Shown piece by piece: positions 1-13,596 of a stretch of DNA of 64,000 nt (within the stretch, counting starts at the first letter, position 1; every line of letters begins with the position of its first letter). The stretch is from Octopus vulgaris. Lineage: Eukaryota. The notes under the pieces are model-generated. The model worked only from the letters and a program-made list of their open reading frames with translations. It did no database searches and was not told the origin of the DNA. The position numbers and the translations under genes are program-made. The stretch covers positions 20,150,001 through 20,214,000 of the forward strand of contig OX597820.1 of NCBI GenBank assembly GCA_951406725.2. Direction: 5' to 3'.

Positions 1-411
1 CATACACACATGCATACATACATACATACATACATGCATGCATGCATGCATACATACATACATACATACATACATACATACATACATACATACATACATA
101 CATACATACATACATACAAATATACATACATGAATACAAACATTACATACACATATATACGTACGTAATATATATGACAGGCTTCATTCAATTTCCTAAA
201 TGTTTTCACATGGCTTTGGTCAGCCCGGGGCTACAATAGAAGACACTTGCCCAATGGGACTGAACCCAAACTCATGTTGTTTGGAAACAGACTTTTGTAC
301 CACTCAGCCACACTCACATCTATCTAATTGACTTTTCATCAATTAGAAATTAAAAAAAACTATTGAGAATACAAAGAATTCTTTATAACTGCCAGAAATA
401 AAGTTCCTTAC

Positions 412-606
412 CATCTCCAGTATGGTCTTTCATTGATGCTTTCTCACTTAATCCGATTAGCCAATCCCCATCGTCTGATTTATCTTGCTTCCATCCACAG
501 TAATCTTTTGTGAATGTGCAGGAAGTTGAGACATCGACTGGAGCTTTTGTCGCTGCTGGTTTAACGGTTGTCATGCTATGTTTTACATAAGCTTTGGATG
601 GGATTA
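412..606 (-). CDS. Exon 21, Thr/Pro/Ala linker + MAM7 N-part ([11 protein letters not shown]...DHTGD)
   Basis: 195 nt, phase 1 to 1, GTAAGG donor. Confidence 0.9.
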
Positions 607-2646
607 CTGAAATAATTCAAAATTTAGATTATCAAAAATATAGCTTTGAGATGTACTTGTATGGTACGGGATTTAATTTGAGGCTATGTGTTGAAACTAA
701 GATAAATACACATCATATTAGCAATTAAAAAAAAAACTGTTAATTTAGTAAAAATATCATCATTCTTAATTCTCTCTAAAGGAGGCTATGGCAGCAGTAC
801 TGGATATTAATAGTTATTGCCAAGCTAACATGGCAGTCCAGATAAATAGGATGAATGCTGCTGTTGATTAGCTCCAAGAAGCCTTTAAAGAGAATAAGAA
901 ATAATGATATTTTTATTTTTGAAAACCAGTGGATGTATTCCACTGAATTTAGGTAAATAATCCTTTGAATAGTCGGTCAGTAGCGATGCCTGCTGGGTTC
1001 GGCTACTCCACATTGATAAGAGGTAACCACCCCGAAACTAGTCTGTGGATGCCAGACCAGCAAGGGGAAGCTGCTGACCTCCCCTGTTCGAAGGTTATAA
1101 TGGACACAGGTTTGTGTGTCACATAGCTAGCTAGAGGTGATGGCTTCTTGGAGCTAATCAACGGAAGCATTCATCCTATGCCATGTTAGCTTGGTGAAAA
1201 CTATTAATATGTTAATTTAGTGTCTTTTGCTTTGTTTGTGGATATATTTCGTTGCCTTTAGTTAGGGAATAGGGCATCCATAGTGTTTTGTCATTCACAA
1301 TGCACCCTCCCAACCCACCCCTACCACCAGTACTGGAAGTCTTTCTCTTCTAACCTCTACCAGAAGCCTAATGGTTACCCATATGGAATGCTCTCTCCAC
1401 TTTCCCTTTCCCTCCATCCCTATCTAGTGTTTATCTCCTGGTAAATATAGTGATTGTGAAGTGGATAAAATGATGGTGAAGTGTATGCAAGTTGAAGTCT
1501 ATTTGTATGTTTACAATGTCTACCAAATGCACAAGCGAGCTTTCTTTTCAGATTCAAAATGTCTTCCATCCCTGGGTCTTGCTGGCCCACACCCTCAGAG
1601 TTGGTACACTTAATGTTGGCACATTGAAAAGTATGTTTGGTCAAATTGTTGAGATGTTTGAACTGAGGAGTGTAGATTTGTGTTGCATCCAAGAGGTAAG
1701 GTGGAGAGGGGCTTCTGTTAGGTTCCTCACAGGCCAAGAACATAGGTATAAGATCTTCTGGGTAAGGAACATTGATGGGGTTGGGGGCGTGGGTATACTC
1801 CTTGCTGAGGAATAGGTTGATAAGGTAATCGAGGTAATTAGAGTCTGTGATAGAATTCTTAGACTAGTCCTGCAACATTAGACTAGTCCTGCAGAATTAG
1901 ACTAGTCCTGCAACATTGAATAGCAACCATTATCTGGGCCTATGCCTCTCAGCCCGGTCTACTTGATGAATAGAAAGACCAATTTTATGACACTCTCTTG
2001 CAGACTACCTCATTGATGAATGATAAGGACCTTCTCTTTGTGGCTGGTGTCTTCAATGGGCATGTTGGACAACATCTGGGGAGCTTCCATGGTGTGCATG
2101 GTGGCAACAGATTTGGTTCTCACAATGAGGAGAGAACCAAGCTGCTGGAGTTCTGTGATGAAAATGATCTTATGGTCTGTAATACTAATTTCAGAAAAAC
2201 TGCCAGTCACCTGTTCACCTACCAGCCCAATAGGTACACTAATCAGATGGCTGCTTATAAATGCCAAAACTTTTCCAGGTGAAGAATGCACCCCACCACA
2301 TAGGTTAGTTGTTAGTGACTTCAGGATCAGGGCTAAATGGTTTCCCAGAAGAAGACCAGTGTGGAAAAGCAGGGTCTGAAAGCTTGAACACTGAGGTTGA
2401 TGTAATTGATTATGCCACTGGTTATGATTGCAGGCTTTGTGCCAAAATTTTGGTACCATTTTTATTATGGTAAAATTTTCATCATGCTAATTGCAACCTC
2501 GTTACTGACGTAGATCCACTGCAACATCATGAATTCATGTCTGTGACCGGGTTGCAATTGATGCCCAATGCCTGTGGCATAGTGGTTAAGAGCGCTGGCT
2601 ACTAACCCCAAGATTCCGAGTCTGATTCCAAGCAGTGACGTGCACA

Positions 2647-2688
<42 letters not shown>

Positions 2689-3316
2689 TCGAAGAATAAT
2701 AACATTGAAGAATACCCAGGTTTGAAATTTCCCCAAGACACCTGAAGAAGGCTGGAGGGTATATCAGCCGAAACATTGTGTTAATAACAATCAAGATGAG
2801 GACAAATATCCGTCGAATGTAAATAATGTACATAATTTCTTATCTCTTAAATATAGAACTGTATACATGGTTATCTCAGAAAAGGAAAGGAGAAAGACAG
2901 AGACATTGAGAAGGGGAGAGAAAGAGCGAGAAAAGAGAGGCAAAAAATTGAAATACATAAGCATGTATTTCTAATTAGACACAAGATATAATAAAATAAT
3001 GGTATCATCTGCAGAGGGACTTACTTCTGCAGCCTTCGTTTATAAAAGTGATGTCATCCAGAGCTATGCCACCTTGTTCTTTGCCATTGATGCCTTCAAA
3101 TACAACAGAATAAGGTTTCTTTATCCTTGGTAGAGATACCTGGCCTTGTAACCATGCTTTACCTTGGTTTCCTTCTAATTGCCAAATGGTAATATTGCTT
3201 GAGCCTGGATAAAGCATGAAAAATATTAAAAAAAGAAAAAAGATATTAAACAACTGGAATTAAATTTGAATTATTTGTCCATCAAAATACATTACTATAT
3301 AAATTCAAAGATGTAC

Positions 3317-3353
<37 letters not shown>

Positions 3354-5757
3354 CAATTAAGGATAACTTCTTAATAAGGAATCTTAACAAGAAATTATCA
3401 GGTAGATAGCGTGAAAAACCTCATAAGAGAAAAATTTCGAAAATAATTCTTTCTTATTGAACATATTAATTTATATATAGAGGGCATTATTACACATACA
3501 TGCCACACGCTAAGAGGGACATTTGGTAGAAACGACTAATGTCCCTCTTAGCGTGTGGCATGTATGTGTAATAATGCCCTCTATATATAAATATATATAT
3601 ATATATAATTAATCCAAACAAGAACGCAAAAAATACAACAATGCGAGGACGTGGAACAAATATAGTATTATTGGACGCTCAGGAAAGAAAGAAAGAAGGC
3701 GGGCTTAACGTTTCGAGTGGAGCTCTTCGTCGGAAACATAGGAGAAGGAAAGATCCAAAGAAGGGAAGACAGAGGAAAAAAAATCGCCAACGGTACACAT
3801 GCGGTCACATATTATCATCATCATCATCATCATCACCATCGCCATTGTCGTCGCTATGCTCCAATGTCTGCATCAGGATGGTTTCCATGGTTGGATGCCC
3901 CTCCTAATTTCAACCACTTTACAGCATGTACAGGGTGTTTTTTTTATGTCATTGGCACTACTGAGGTTTCCATACAGCTGACATGACCACAAAACCCACA
4001 AGTGGGGTGAATTTATGCAGGATGATGAGGGTTAAAGTATGAGAGAAAGGGGCGGAGGTGGAGAAGGTTCTTGTTGTAGAGAAGCCACATAGTTACTCAG
4101 GTTTGGAGAAGAGAGTGAGAATGAGTAAGTAGGAGTCACAAAGAAATAGTGGTGATGAGATGTCCAGGTGGCCCCCAAAGTATATATATATATATATTAT
4201 AGATATATATATATAATATAGTTTATTTAGAGCTTTTTAATGTTAACAATGGAGGCACAATGGCCCAGTGATTAGGACAGCAGACTCGTGGTCGGAGGAT
4301 CACGGTTTCGATTCTCAGACCGGGCATTGTGTGTGTTTATTTAGCGAAAACACCTAAAGCTCCACGAGGCTCCAGCAGAGGGTGGTAGCGACCCCTGTTG
4401 TACTCTTTTGCCCCAACTTTCTCTCACTCTCTCTTCCTGTTTCTTGAGTAATGCTGCGATGGACTGACGTCCCGTCCAGCTGGGGGGAAACCCATACACC
4501 ATAGAAACCGGGAAACTGGGCCCATGAGCCTGGCTAAGCTTGAAAAGGGTGCATAAATAATAAAATGTTAACGATAACTCTCATTGATATACAGATAGGA
4601 AGATGTAGTGCTCGTTTTGAGCTATATTCAAAATAATATTTTTGTGGAGGCAATGCAGGTGGAGTCAAAAAGAACATAATTAAAATACCCATTCGAAAAT
4701 TTTACAAATATATATATTCTCGATAAAATGGAAATAAAAATTACAGAATACATAAATATACACAAATTGACAAATGTCGATGTAATACATGAAACACGAT
4801 TGGATTTAAGAAAAATTTCTATTGTAAGTACATTTAAAATTGTAATACTTTAGTATGAGGAAATTAAATATGAAATATATATTTATGCATTCTGGAATTT
4901 TATTTCCATTTTATAGAGAATATATGTTTTTACATAGGTTTCGAATCATCATCATCATCATTGTTTAGTGTCCGCTTTCCATGCTAGCATGGGTTGGATG
5001 GTTCAACTGGGGTCTGGGAAGCCAGAAGGCTGCACCAGGCCCAGTCTGATCTGGCAATGTTTTTACGGCTGGATGCCCTTCCTAACACCAACCACTCTGT
5101 GAGTGTAGTGGGTGCTTTTTACGTGCCACCGACACAGGTGGCAGACGAGGCTGGCAAACGGCCACAATCGGATGGTGCTTATGTTCTTTTAGACTTTGCC
5201 TGTGTTGCCTCCATAAAAATATTATTTTATATATATATATATATATACACACACAGATTGCCATGGGTAACTTGTCAACATTTTATATTTTTTATTTATT
5301 TCACATATGATTTTGTCAACTACACAGTATTCTTTTCTTTTCTGCTCTAGGCACAAGGCCTGAAATTTTGGGGGAGGGGACCAGTCAATTAGATCGACAC
5401 CAATATGCAACTGGTACTTAATTTATTGACCCCGAAAGGATGAAAGGCAAAGTCAACCTCGGCGGAATTTGAACTCGGCAGAAAACCCTGGTTGGCAGTC
5501 CATCATTCTGAGTTCTTTTACAGGGATCAGAAAAACTGAAGGCCCGCTGCAATAAGTGTGTGAATCCGAGAGGGGAATATGTTGAATAAAATTATGATTA
5601 ACTGATTCTCCTGTATTTTCTTTTGCTCAAAGCCAGGAACTTTTCAGCAGCCCCTCATACATGCATACTAAAATACATATAAACATATGTATACATATAT
5701 ACATAAATACATATTTACATGCATACATACTTACATGCATACGTACATACATACATA

Positions 5758-5812
<55 letters not shown>

Positions 5813-6396
5813 GAAAGATGAATAATCTTGTAGCAGATTAATCAAAAGTTTAACCAATACCTTGGTAGCAAAAATCACAGCAGAAGACAGCACGGTTGGA
5901 GGTACAACCATATGGTGTTGCAACCGTGCGTTGGTGCGGATAATTGAAATTAAAATATTATTGGTGAATTGAAGAAATGGAGCTGAACGAAGATTGAACA
6001 GAAATCGTTTTATTTCATTCTACACGTGTTTCGAAAGGCACAATTTACCAAAATCCGATTGAATAATGAGACCATATTGTGTCTTTCTCTTCAGGAAGAA
6101 ATAGGAAATCCGTTGGAAAAAACAAAAACAGAACAGAGGCGGAGCAAAACAAATCGAACTAAGCTCCTAAGAGTTTTGCCATGGGCTCTTAGGAGCTTAG
6201 TTCGATTTGTTTTGCTCCGCCTCTGTTCTGTTTTTGTTTTTTCCAACGGATTTCCTATTTCTTCCTGAAGAGAAAGACACAATATGGTCTCATTATTCAA
6301 TCGGATTTTGGTAAATTGTGCCTTTCGAAACACGTGTAGAATGAAATAAAACGATTTCTGTTCAATCTTCGTTCAGCTCCATTTCTTCAATTCACC

Positions 6397-6463
<67 letters not shown>

Positions 6464-9400
6464 ATAAGACTTGAGGAATGGAGTAGATAAGATCCAGGCT
6501 ACATACATTTCATGACGAGTGGAATCTCAATCCTTGTGTCTTATATGAATATATATATATATGTACTTATATATCATCATCATCATCATCAATACATATA
6601 GTTTACACAGAAAAACCTTTTACATACATACTCACACACAAACACACATGTGCAAATGCACATACACACACACACCCATACACACACAGATACCTTTCTA
6701 TTGTGGGTCAAAGCCTGGAATTTGTGGGGATTGAGGTAGTCGATTACATCGACCCCTGTGCTTGACTGGTACTTAATTTATTGACCCTGAAAGGATGAAA
6801 AGCAAAGTCAACCATGGCAGAATTTGAACTCAGAAAGTAGTACCAGACGAAATACCTATTTCTTTTCTACCCACAAGGGGCTAAACACAGAGGGGACGAA
6901 CAAGGACAGACAAACGGATTAAGTCGATTACATCGACTCCAGTGCGTAACTGGTACTTAATTTATCGACTCTGAAAGGATGAAAGTCAAAGTTGACCTCG
7001 GCGGAATTTGAACTCAGAATGTAGTGGCAGACAAAATACTTATTTCTTTACTACCCACAAGGGGCTATACACAGAGGGGACGAACAAGGACAGACAAACG
7101 GATTAAGTCAATTATATCGACCCCAGTGCATAACTGGTACTTATTTAATCGACCCCGAAAGGATGAAAGGTAAAGTCGACCTCAGCAGAATTTGAACTCA
7201 GAACGTAGCACCAGACGAAATACCACTAAGAATTTCACCTGGCATGCTAACAATTCCGGCAGCACACTGCCTTATACATACACACGCAGATATAGAATCA
7301 TAATGGTCAATAGTGTTACTACCTACTTATTTCACTAAAAGGAATCAATTATACAAACCTGCAACGGTGATTACAACTGACAGTCTACTAATGTCTTTCC
7401 CATTCATGTTATACCAGAACTGCAGACACTTATCAGAAGTAAGTGGTTGGAAAAGTGGACTAACTAACCAAGCTCGGCCTGGGTCATTTCCTTTTGCTTT
7501 TTCAATATATTGGTAGTGACCTGAAAGAAGGTTAAATTATTTATGCAATTCTTTGCTGTTAAAGACATGAAAAACGATACAATACAGCTACTGGATATTT
7601 TGCATTAATGTTTTCTGATAATGTAAAGCTGAGATTAAATCATTTTTTGTTAAATCAGTCTTTCTGATTTAACGGGATTTGTTATATTTCATTTTTGGAT
7701 TTGGTTTGCAAGATTCTTTATATGAGTTCGTGTGTTGAAGCATATTCTGTTGTGTCAAGGAGAGTCATTTTATTTTTTTTTGCCTTATAATTTAACACAC
7801 TGACCAGTAAAATTTCCACTTATTTCTTATTTTTATTTTCCTAAAATTTTCGTTGTGTCTTGCAACCTTTTCAATAGTCTTGATATGTCCATTATTGAAA
7901 AGGTTGCAAGACGCAACGAAAATTTTAGGAAAATAAAAATAAGAAATAAGTGGAAATTTTAGTAAAATAAAAATAATAAATAAGTGGAAATTTTAGGAAA
8001 ATAAAAATAAGAAATAAGTGGAAATTTTAGGAAAATAAAAATAAGAAATAAGTGGAAATTTTAGAAAAATAAAAATAAGAAATAAATGGAAATTTTAGGA
8101 ATATAAAAATAAGAAATAAATGGAAATTTTAGGAAAATAAAAATAAGAAATAAGTGGAAATTTTACCGGTGAGTGTGTTAAATTAAAGGCACAAAAAGAA
8201 AATGACTTTCCTCAGACACAACAGTGATTTGGCATAGTTTTATGACTAAGATATACAATTGTCTCACTGCTTATTTGGTAGATTCAACATGCACATCTAA
8301 ATAAATCTAAATTGTAGAAATACCTATATATCTATCTGTCTGTCTATGTGTGTGAGGTGTGTGTGTGTGTATATATGTTTGTACATATATATGTACATGA
8401 ATATGTATAAATACATATGACGGCTGTCCACTCATCATTATCATCATTGTCATCATCATTGTCATCATAATCATCATCGTTGTCATCATTGCCATCTTTA
8501 TCATCATCATCATCACCATCATCATTGTTGTCATCATCATCATCCTTCTTGATACTGGGTAATAACTATCATCATCATTATCATCATTGTCATCATAATC
8601 ATCATTGTCATCATTGTCATCTTTATCATCATCATCATCATCACCATCATCATTGTTGTCATCATCATCATCCTTCTTGATACTGGGTAATAACTATCAT
8701 CATCATTATCATCATTATCATTATAATCATCATCGTTATCATCGTTGTCATCTTTATCATCATCATCACCATCATCATCATCATCCTTCTTGATACTGGG
8801 TAATAATTATCATCATCATTATCATCAGTCATCACCATCATCATCATAATCATCATCGTTGTCATCATTGTCATCATTAACATCATCATCAGCACCATCA
8901 TCATTGTCATCATCATCATCATCATCCTTCTTGATACTGGGTAATAATTATCATCATTATCATCATCATCATTGTCATCATCGTCATCATCATCATCATC
9001 ATCACCATCATCATCTTTGGTGTTGTTGTCATCATTGTCATCATCATCATTGTCATCGTCATCATCACCATCATCATCTTTGGTGTTGTTGTCATCATTG
9101 TCATCATCATCATCATTGTCGTCAATATTTAATGTCTGTCTTCCATGCTGGCATGGGTTGGTCCTTTCAACAGAATCGAATGAGCTACAAGACAGTGCCG
9201 AGCTCTTGGCTGGATACTCTTTCTAATGCCAGTTTCTTGCCAGAGTGTAGCAGGTACTTTTTCCATGACACCGGTATTAGTGAGGTGTCCAAGTAACTCA
9301 TGAAACAAAGAATAGACCTTCAACTGAGTGGGATAGTAGTATAAGGCGGGAGGAGGCATCATCATACCAGGTGCTGAGAGGCAAGTATATCTGTCTTGCT

Positions 9401-11427
9401 GTAGAAGAGAGAAAGGTTACTCTGTTTTATATAAGGGTGGAAGTAACTGAAAAGAAGACAACGAGGGCAGTGATCTGGTATCAGAGAGCATTGTTTCATA
9501 TTTTCCTGAATTATGTATAAATATTTTTATGTGAAACTACCAGAACATTAAAGCTAGAAAAAATATGAGAAAACACCATAAAATAGAAGAAACAACCTAA
9601 TAAAACACATAAATAGTGATAAAAGAATAAAAATAATGAAATACTAAATGATAGAAATTAAAGTCATATCTCTCCTCTTACTCTTTTACTTGTTTCAGTC
9701 ATTTGACTGTGGCCATGCTGGAGCACCGTCTTTAGTCGTGCAAATCGACCCCAGGACTTATTCTTTGTAAGCCTAGTACTTATTCTATCGGTCTCTTTTG
9801 CCGAACCGCTAAATTACGGGGACGTAAACACACCAGCATCGGTTGTTAAGCGATGTTAGGGGACAAACACAGACACACAAACATATATATGATGGGCTTC
9901 TTTCAGTTTCCGTCTACCAAATCCACTCACAAGGCTTTGGTAGGCCCGAGGCTATAGTAGAAGACAATTGCCCAAGGTGCTACGCAGTGGGACTGAACCC
10001 GGAACCATGTGGTTGGTAAGCAAGCTACTTACCACACAGCCACTCCTGCACTCTTCATGTAAAAGCAGCCCCACAGGTTGCATTCTCCTTGGTTTTGTGG
10101 TTTTCCTACCAAGATGTCAGCAAGCAAAGGTTAATAGTAACCACTTAAACATGACACATAGAGTGGATGGTTGCAGTAATATGTTCTAGTCAGTTTAAAT
10201 GGCATGAGAAAATGCAAATCTTTCATCTTTTAAAACCATTCATCTTTCGAGAGATAAAACATTTTTCTGACATTTATCTATCTGCACATTATATTTTAAT
10301 TGGTTTGATCTTTGACTATCATTAAGTGTGTTATTCTCGTTGAATATGTATGTATCCAGGAACAAGACATCTGATGAAGATAATAGATAAAACCTTCTCA
10401 AAAGAGTAGCTTATCATCCTCTCACAGATACTACAAAGATATATCACTTCTAAAATATAAAATAACATGGAATGGAAAGAGATATAGCTTTAAACATAGA
10501 TATGAAAAAATAGATGGGAAATGGATATTTTAAAAATACCTTGTACATTCTGTAGTGTGTGATCAAATTTTGGGCCTGTGTTGGTATTTGAAGCTGGGCC
10601 CTTCAATTTTATCCAATCAAAATTATCACCAGTACCTTGAACATTTGTCCATAAACAGTTTGGGTCTTCGAAGTCACAATCTCCTGTGAAAAATTATAAG
10701 GTCAAGATTATTTTTATTAGTTAGCTTGTAAATAATTTTTATGTGATGCAAAAAATTTTATGTAAGCATGGATGTTTATATAAATATCATTAGTGGAAAT
10801 TAAGATAAACACCAGTATAAAAAATTTAGTTCCAACATAAGTTTTACCATTGCAGTTATTTGGAACTCAGCATTGGATGTTCCAAGTGCATTTGGTTTCC
10901 TAACTGCAATGGGTCGTCAGGGGAGAACTTGATTGCATATTATAAATATCATGTAGTAAAGATTGTTTGCCAACATAGCATGGCAGTCCTGGTCTAGGAC
11001 TGATGTTGCTGTAATTTAACCCCAGAAGACATTGTCTCCAGCTGGTTATACAACATGATCTGTGTCCTTATATTTTCAAACATATATTGTTTTGAGCTGG
11101 GTGGGGGTGCTAGATTCCCTTGTTCAAAAATATAAGGATACAGATTGTGTTGTATAGCCAGCTGGAGACAATGTCTCCTGGGGCTAAATTACAGCAGCAT
11201 TAGTCCTAAACCAGGACTGCCATGTTATGTTGGCAAACAATCTTTATTACAAGGTACTGGGAGATGCTCAACTGGTTAAGGTCAAACAATTGACAAGCAA
11301 ACCTGTGGTATTGAGTAGAATATTTGCTGTGGCCCATCTTTTATATCAACACAAAACAATGTACATAACACTTCCAACCAGTTAAGATTAGAAGCCATGA
11401 GAACCAATGCCTGGTACTGCATCAGGG

Positions 11428-11466
<39 letters not shown>

Positions 11467-11507
11467 GATTATTATTATTATTATGATTATTATTATTATC
11501 ATCATCA

Positions 11508-11544
<37 letters not shown>

Positions 11545-13155
11545 TTTTCTTTTTTTCTTCTTCTTTCAAATTTGCTTCCATTTCTTGCCGAGTGTCTTCC
11601 CGACTCCTAGGGCAAAGAAACTCATAGTATACATTGGTAGGCCATTAAACCAAACTCAGTAGTTCGTTCATTTTTTTTTTTTAAACTTAAATTAAAATAC
11701 ATGAGCAGCAACAGTTCTCACATCGACAATGCTCTTCTCAATACGTGTGATGTACCAGTTAAGACAATCTTTTGCACTTCTTGCAGGGATGGTAAGCCAG
11801 GGATCATTCTCATATAATTTTCGGTTCCCTTCTTGATCATTCCTAGTGCTCCTACGATCACTGGTATTGTAACCGCCTTGAGATGCCACATTTTCTCAAT
11901 TTCAATGAGTAGGTCTTTATATTTTCTGAGCTTGTCAAACTCTTTCGTTGAGATATTATGATCACAGGGGATGCTCATGTCGATCAATAAGCAAACTTTA
12001 TTGTTTTGGTCTTTCACAACAATATCTGGTTTATTGGCCTTGATGGTTCGGTCTGTATGTACTGGAAAGTCCCACAGAATGGTTACATTTTCTCCTTCAG
12101 TTACAGCCTCAGGGTGGTGATTATACCACTTGTCGGCAGTTTTGATATTGTAATGCCGACTTATTAGCCAGTGGAAATATTGGCCAACTCTGTCATGTCT
12201 TAATTTATACTCCACTGGTGCTAAGACTTTACATCCAGAGATTAGGTGGTCCACTGTTTCAATCATGTCGTTGCAGAATCGGCAGTTTGGGTCTGCTCCA
12301 TTTTTCATCACATTGGCCTGGTAGTTCCGGGTTAATAGGCTTTGATCTTGAGCAGCCAGGATGAAACCTTCGCTCTCTGCTTTTAGCCCTGAGCTCCGTA
12401 GCCACTGATGGGTTTACTTCTGGTCAACATCAGCTTGTTTGCTGCGGGTCACATATTTGCTGTGCAGAGGTTTCTCCTCCCACCTATCAGCCAATTGCTC
12501 GTGCGCTTTTTTCATTGCCATCATTTTCACCTTCTTTGCAACAATAGTTGCCGTACTTCCCTCGGGTTGTTCAGTTTGGGTATCCTGCACAAGATCAATA
12601 GCAAATTTTTTGCTTTCCTTTATGATAGAATGAAGCTTCTTTCGTCTCTCGTGATTTTCCACGAGCTTTAGCATCCAGTCATTCGATATTTCGAGATATT
12701 TGGCCAGTCCAATTGGGGTTGTTTTGTAAGCTAGTTCAAATTGGATCAGGCCTCGACCTCCTTGGGCTCTGGGAAGGTAAAGGCGATCTACGTCTGCCTT
12801 TGGGTGGTGCATCCTATTACAACTCAGCAGCTTGCGTATTTTCCTATCTATATTCTTTACTTCACTCATATTCCAGTTCAACACATTGTAGCTATAAGTA
12901 ACAACTGGAACTGCTAAGGAATTTATAGCGAACACCTTGTTACGTGCATTTAGTTCAGATTTCAGGACTGCACGAACTCTCCTATAACATTCCTTCCTGA
13001 TTTTCTCTTTCATGCTTGCATGCTGAATACCAGAGCCTTCATTTATCCCTAAATATTTGTATGTTTGTTCTTGCTCAAGCTCTCTTATGACTGTGTCAAC
13101 ATCTAACACGACTGAATTTGTGGTCTTCACTTTTATTATTATTGTTATTGTGGTC

Positions 13156-13223
<68 letters not shown>

Positions 13224-13229
13224 GTGGTC

Positions 13230-13266
<37 letters not shown>

Positions 13267-13280
13267 CATTATTATTATTA

Positions 13281-13336
<56 letters not shown>

Positions 13337-13548
13337 ATCATCAATAATGAGGAAAAAGTTAGCATGCCGGATGAAATGCTTAGTAGTATCTCATCTGTCT
13401 TTATGTTCTGAGTTCAAATTCTGCCAATGTCAACTTTGCTTTTCATCCTTTCAGGGTTGATAAATTAGGTACTAGTCAAGCACTGGGGTTGATCTACTAG
13501 ACTGCCCCACCAAAAAACTTTTGGCCTTGTGCCTAGATTAGAAAAGAC

Positions 13549-13596
<48 letters not shown>

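Noticed and set aside
6026-6333. Two near-identical 80-aa ORFs on opposite strands
   Set aside because: A direct consequence of the DNA palindrome; no coding signal.
8307-9296. His/Ser/Met-rich ORFs (also 21388-21882, 11282-11662, 13057-13411)
   Set aside because: Translations of (CAT)n or (ATT)n microsatellites that are open in many frames; not needed in the spliced gene.
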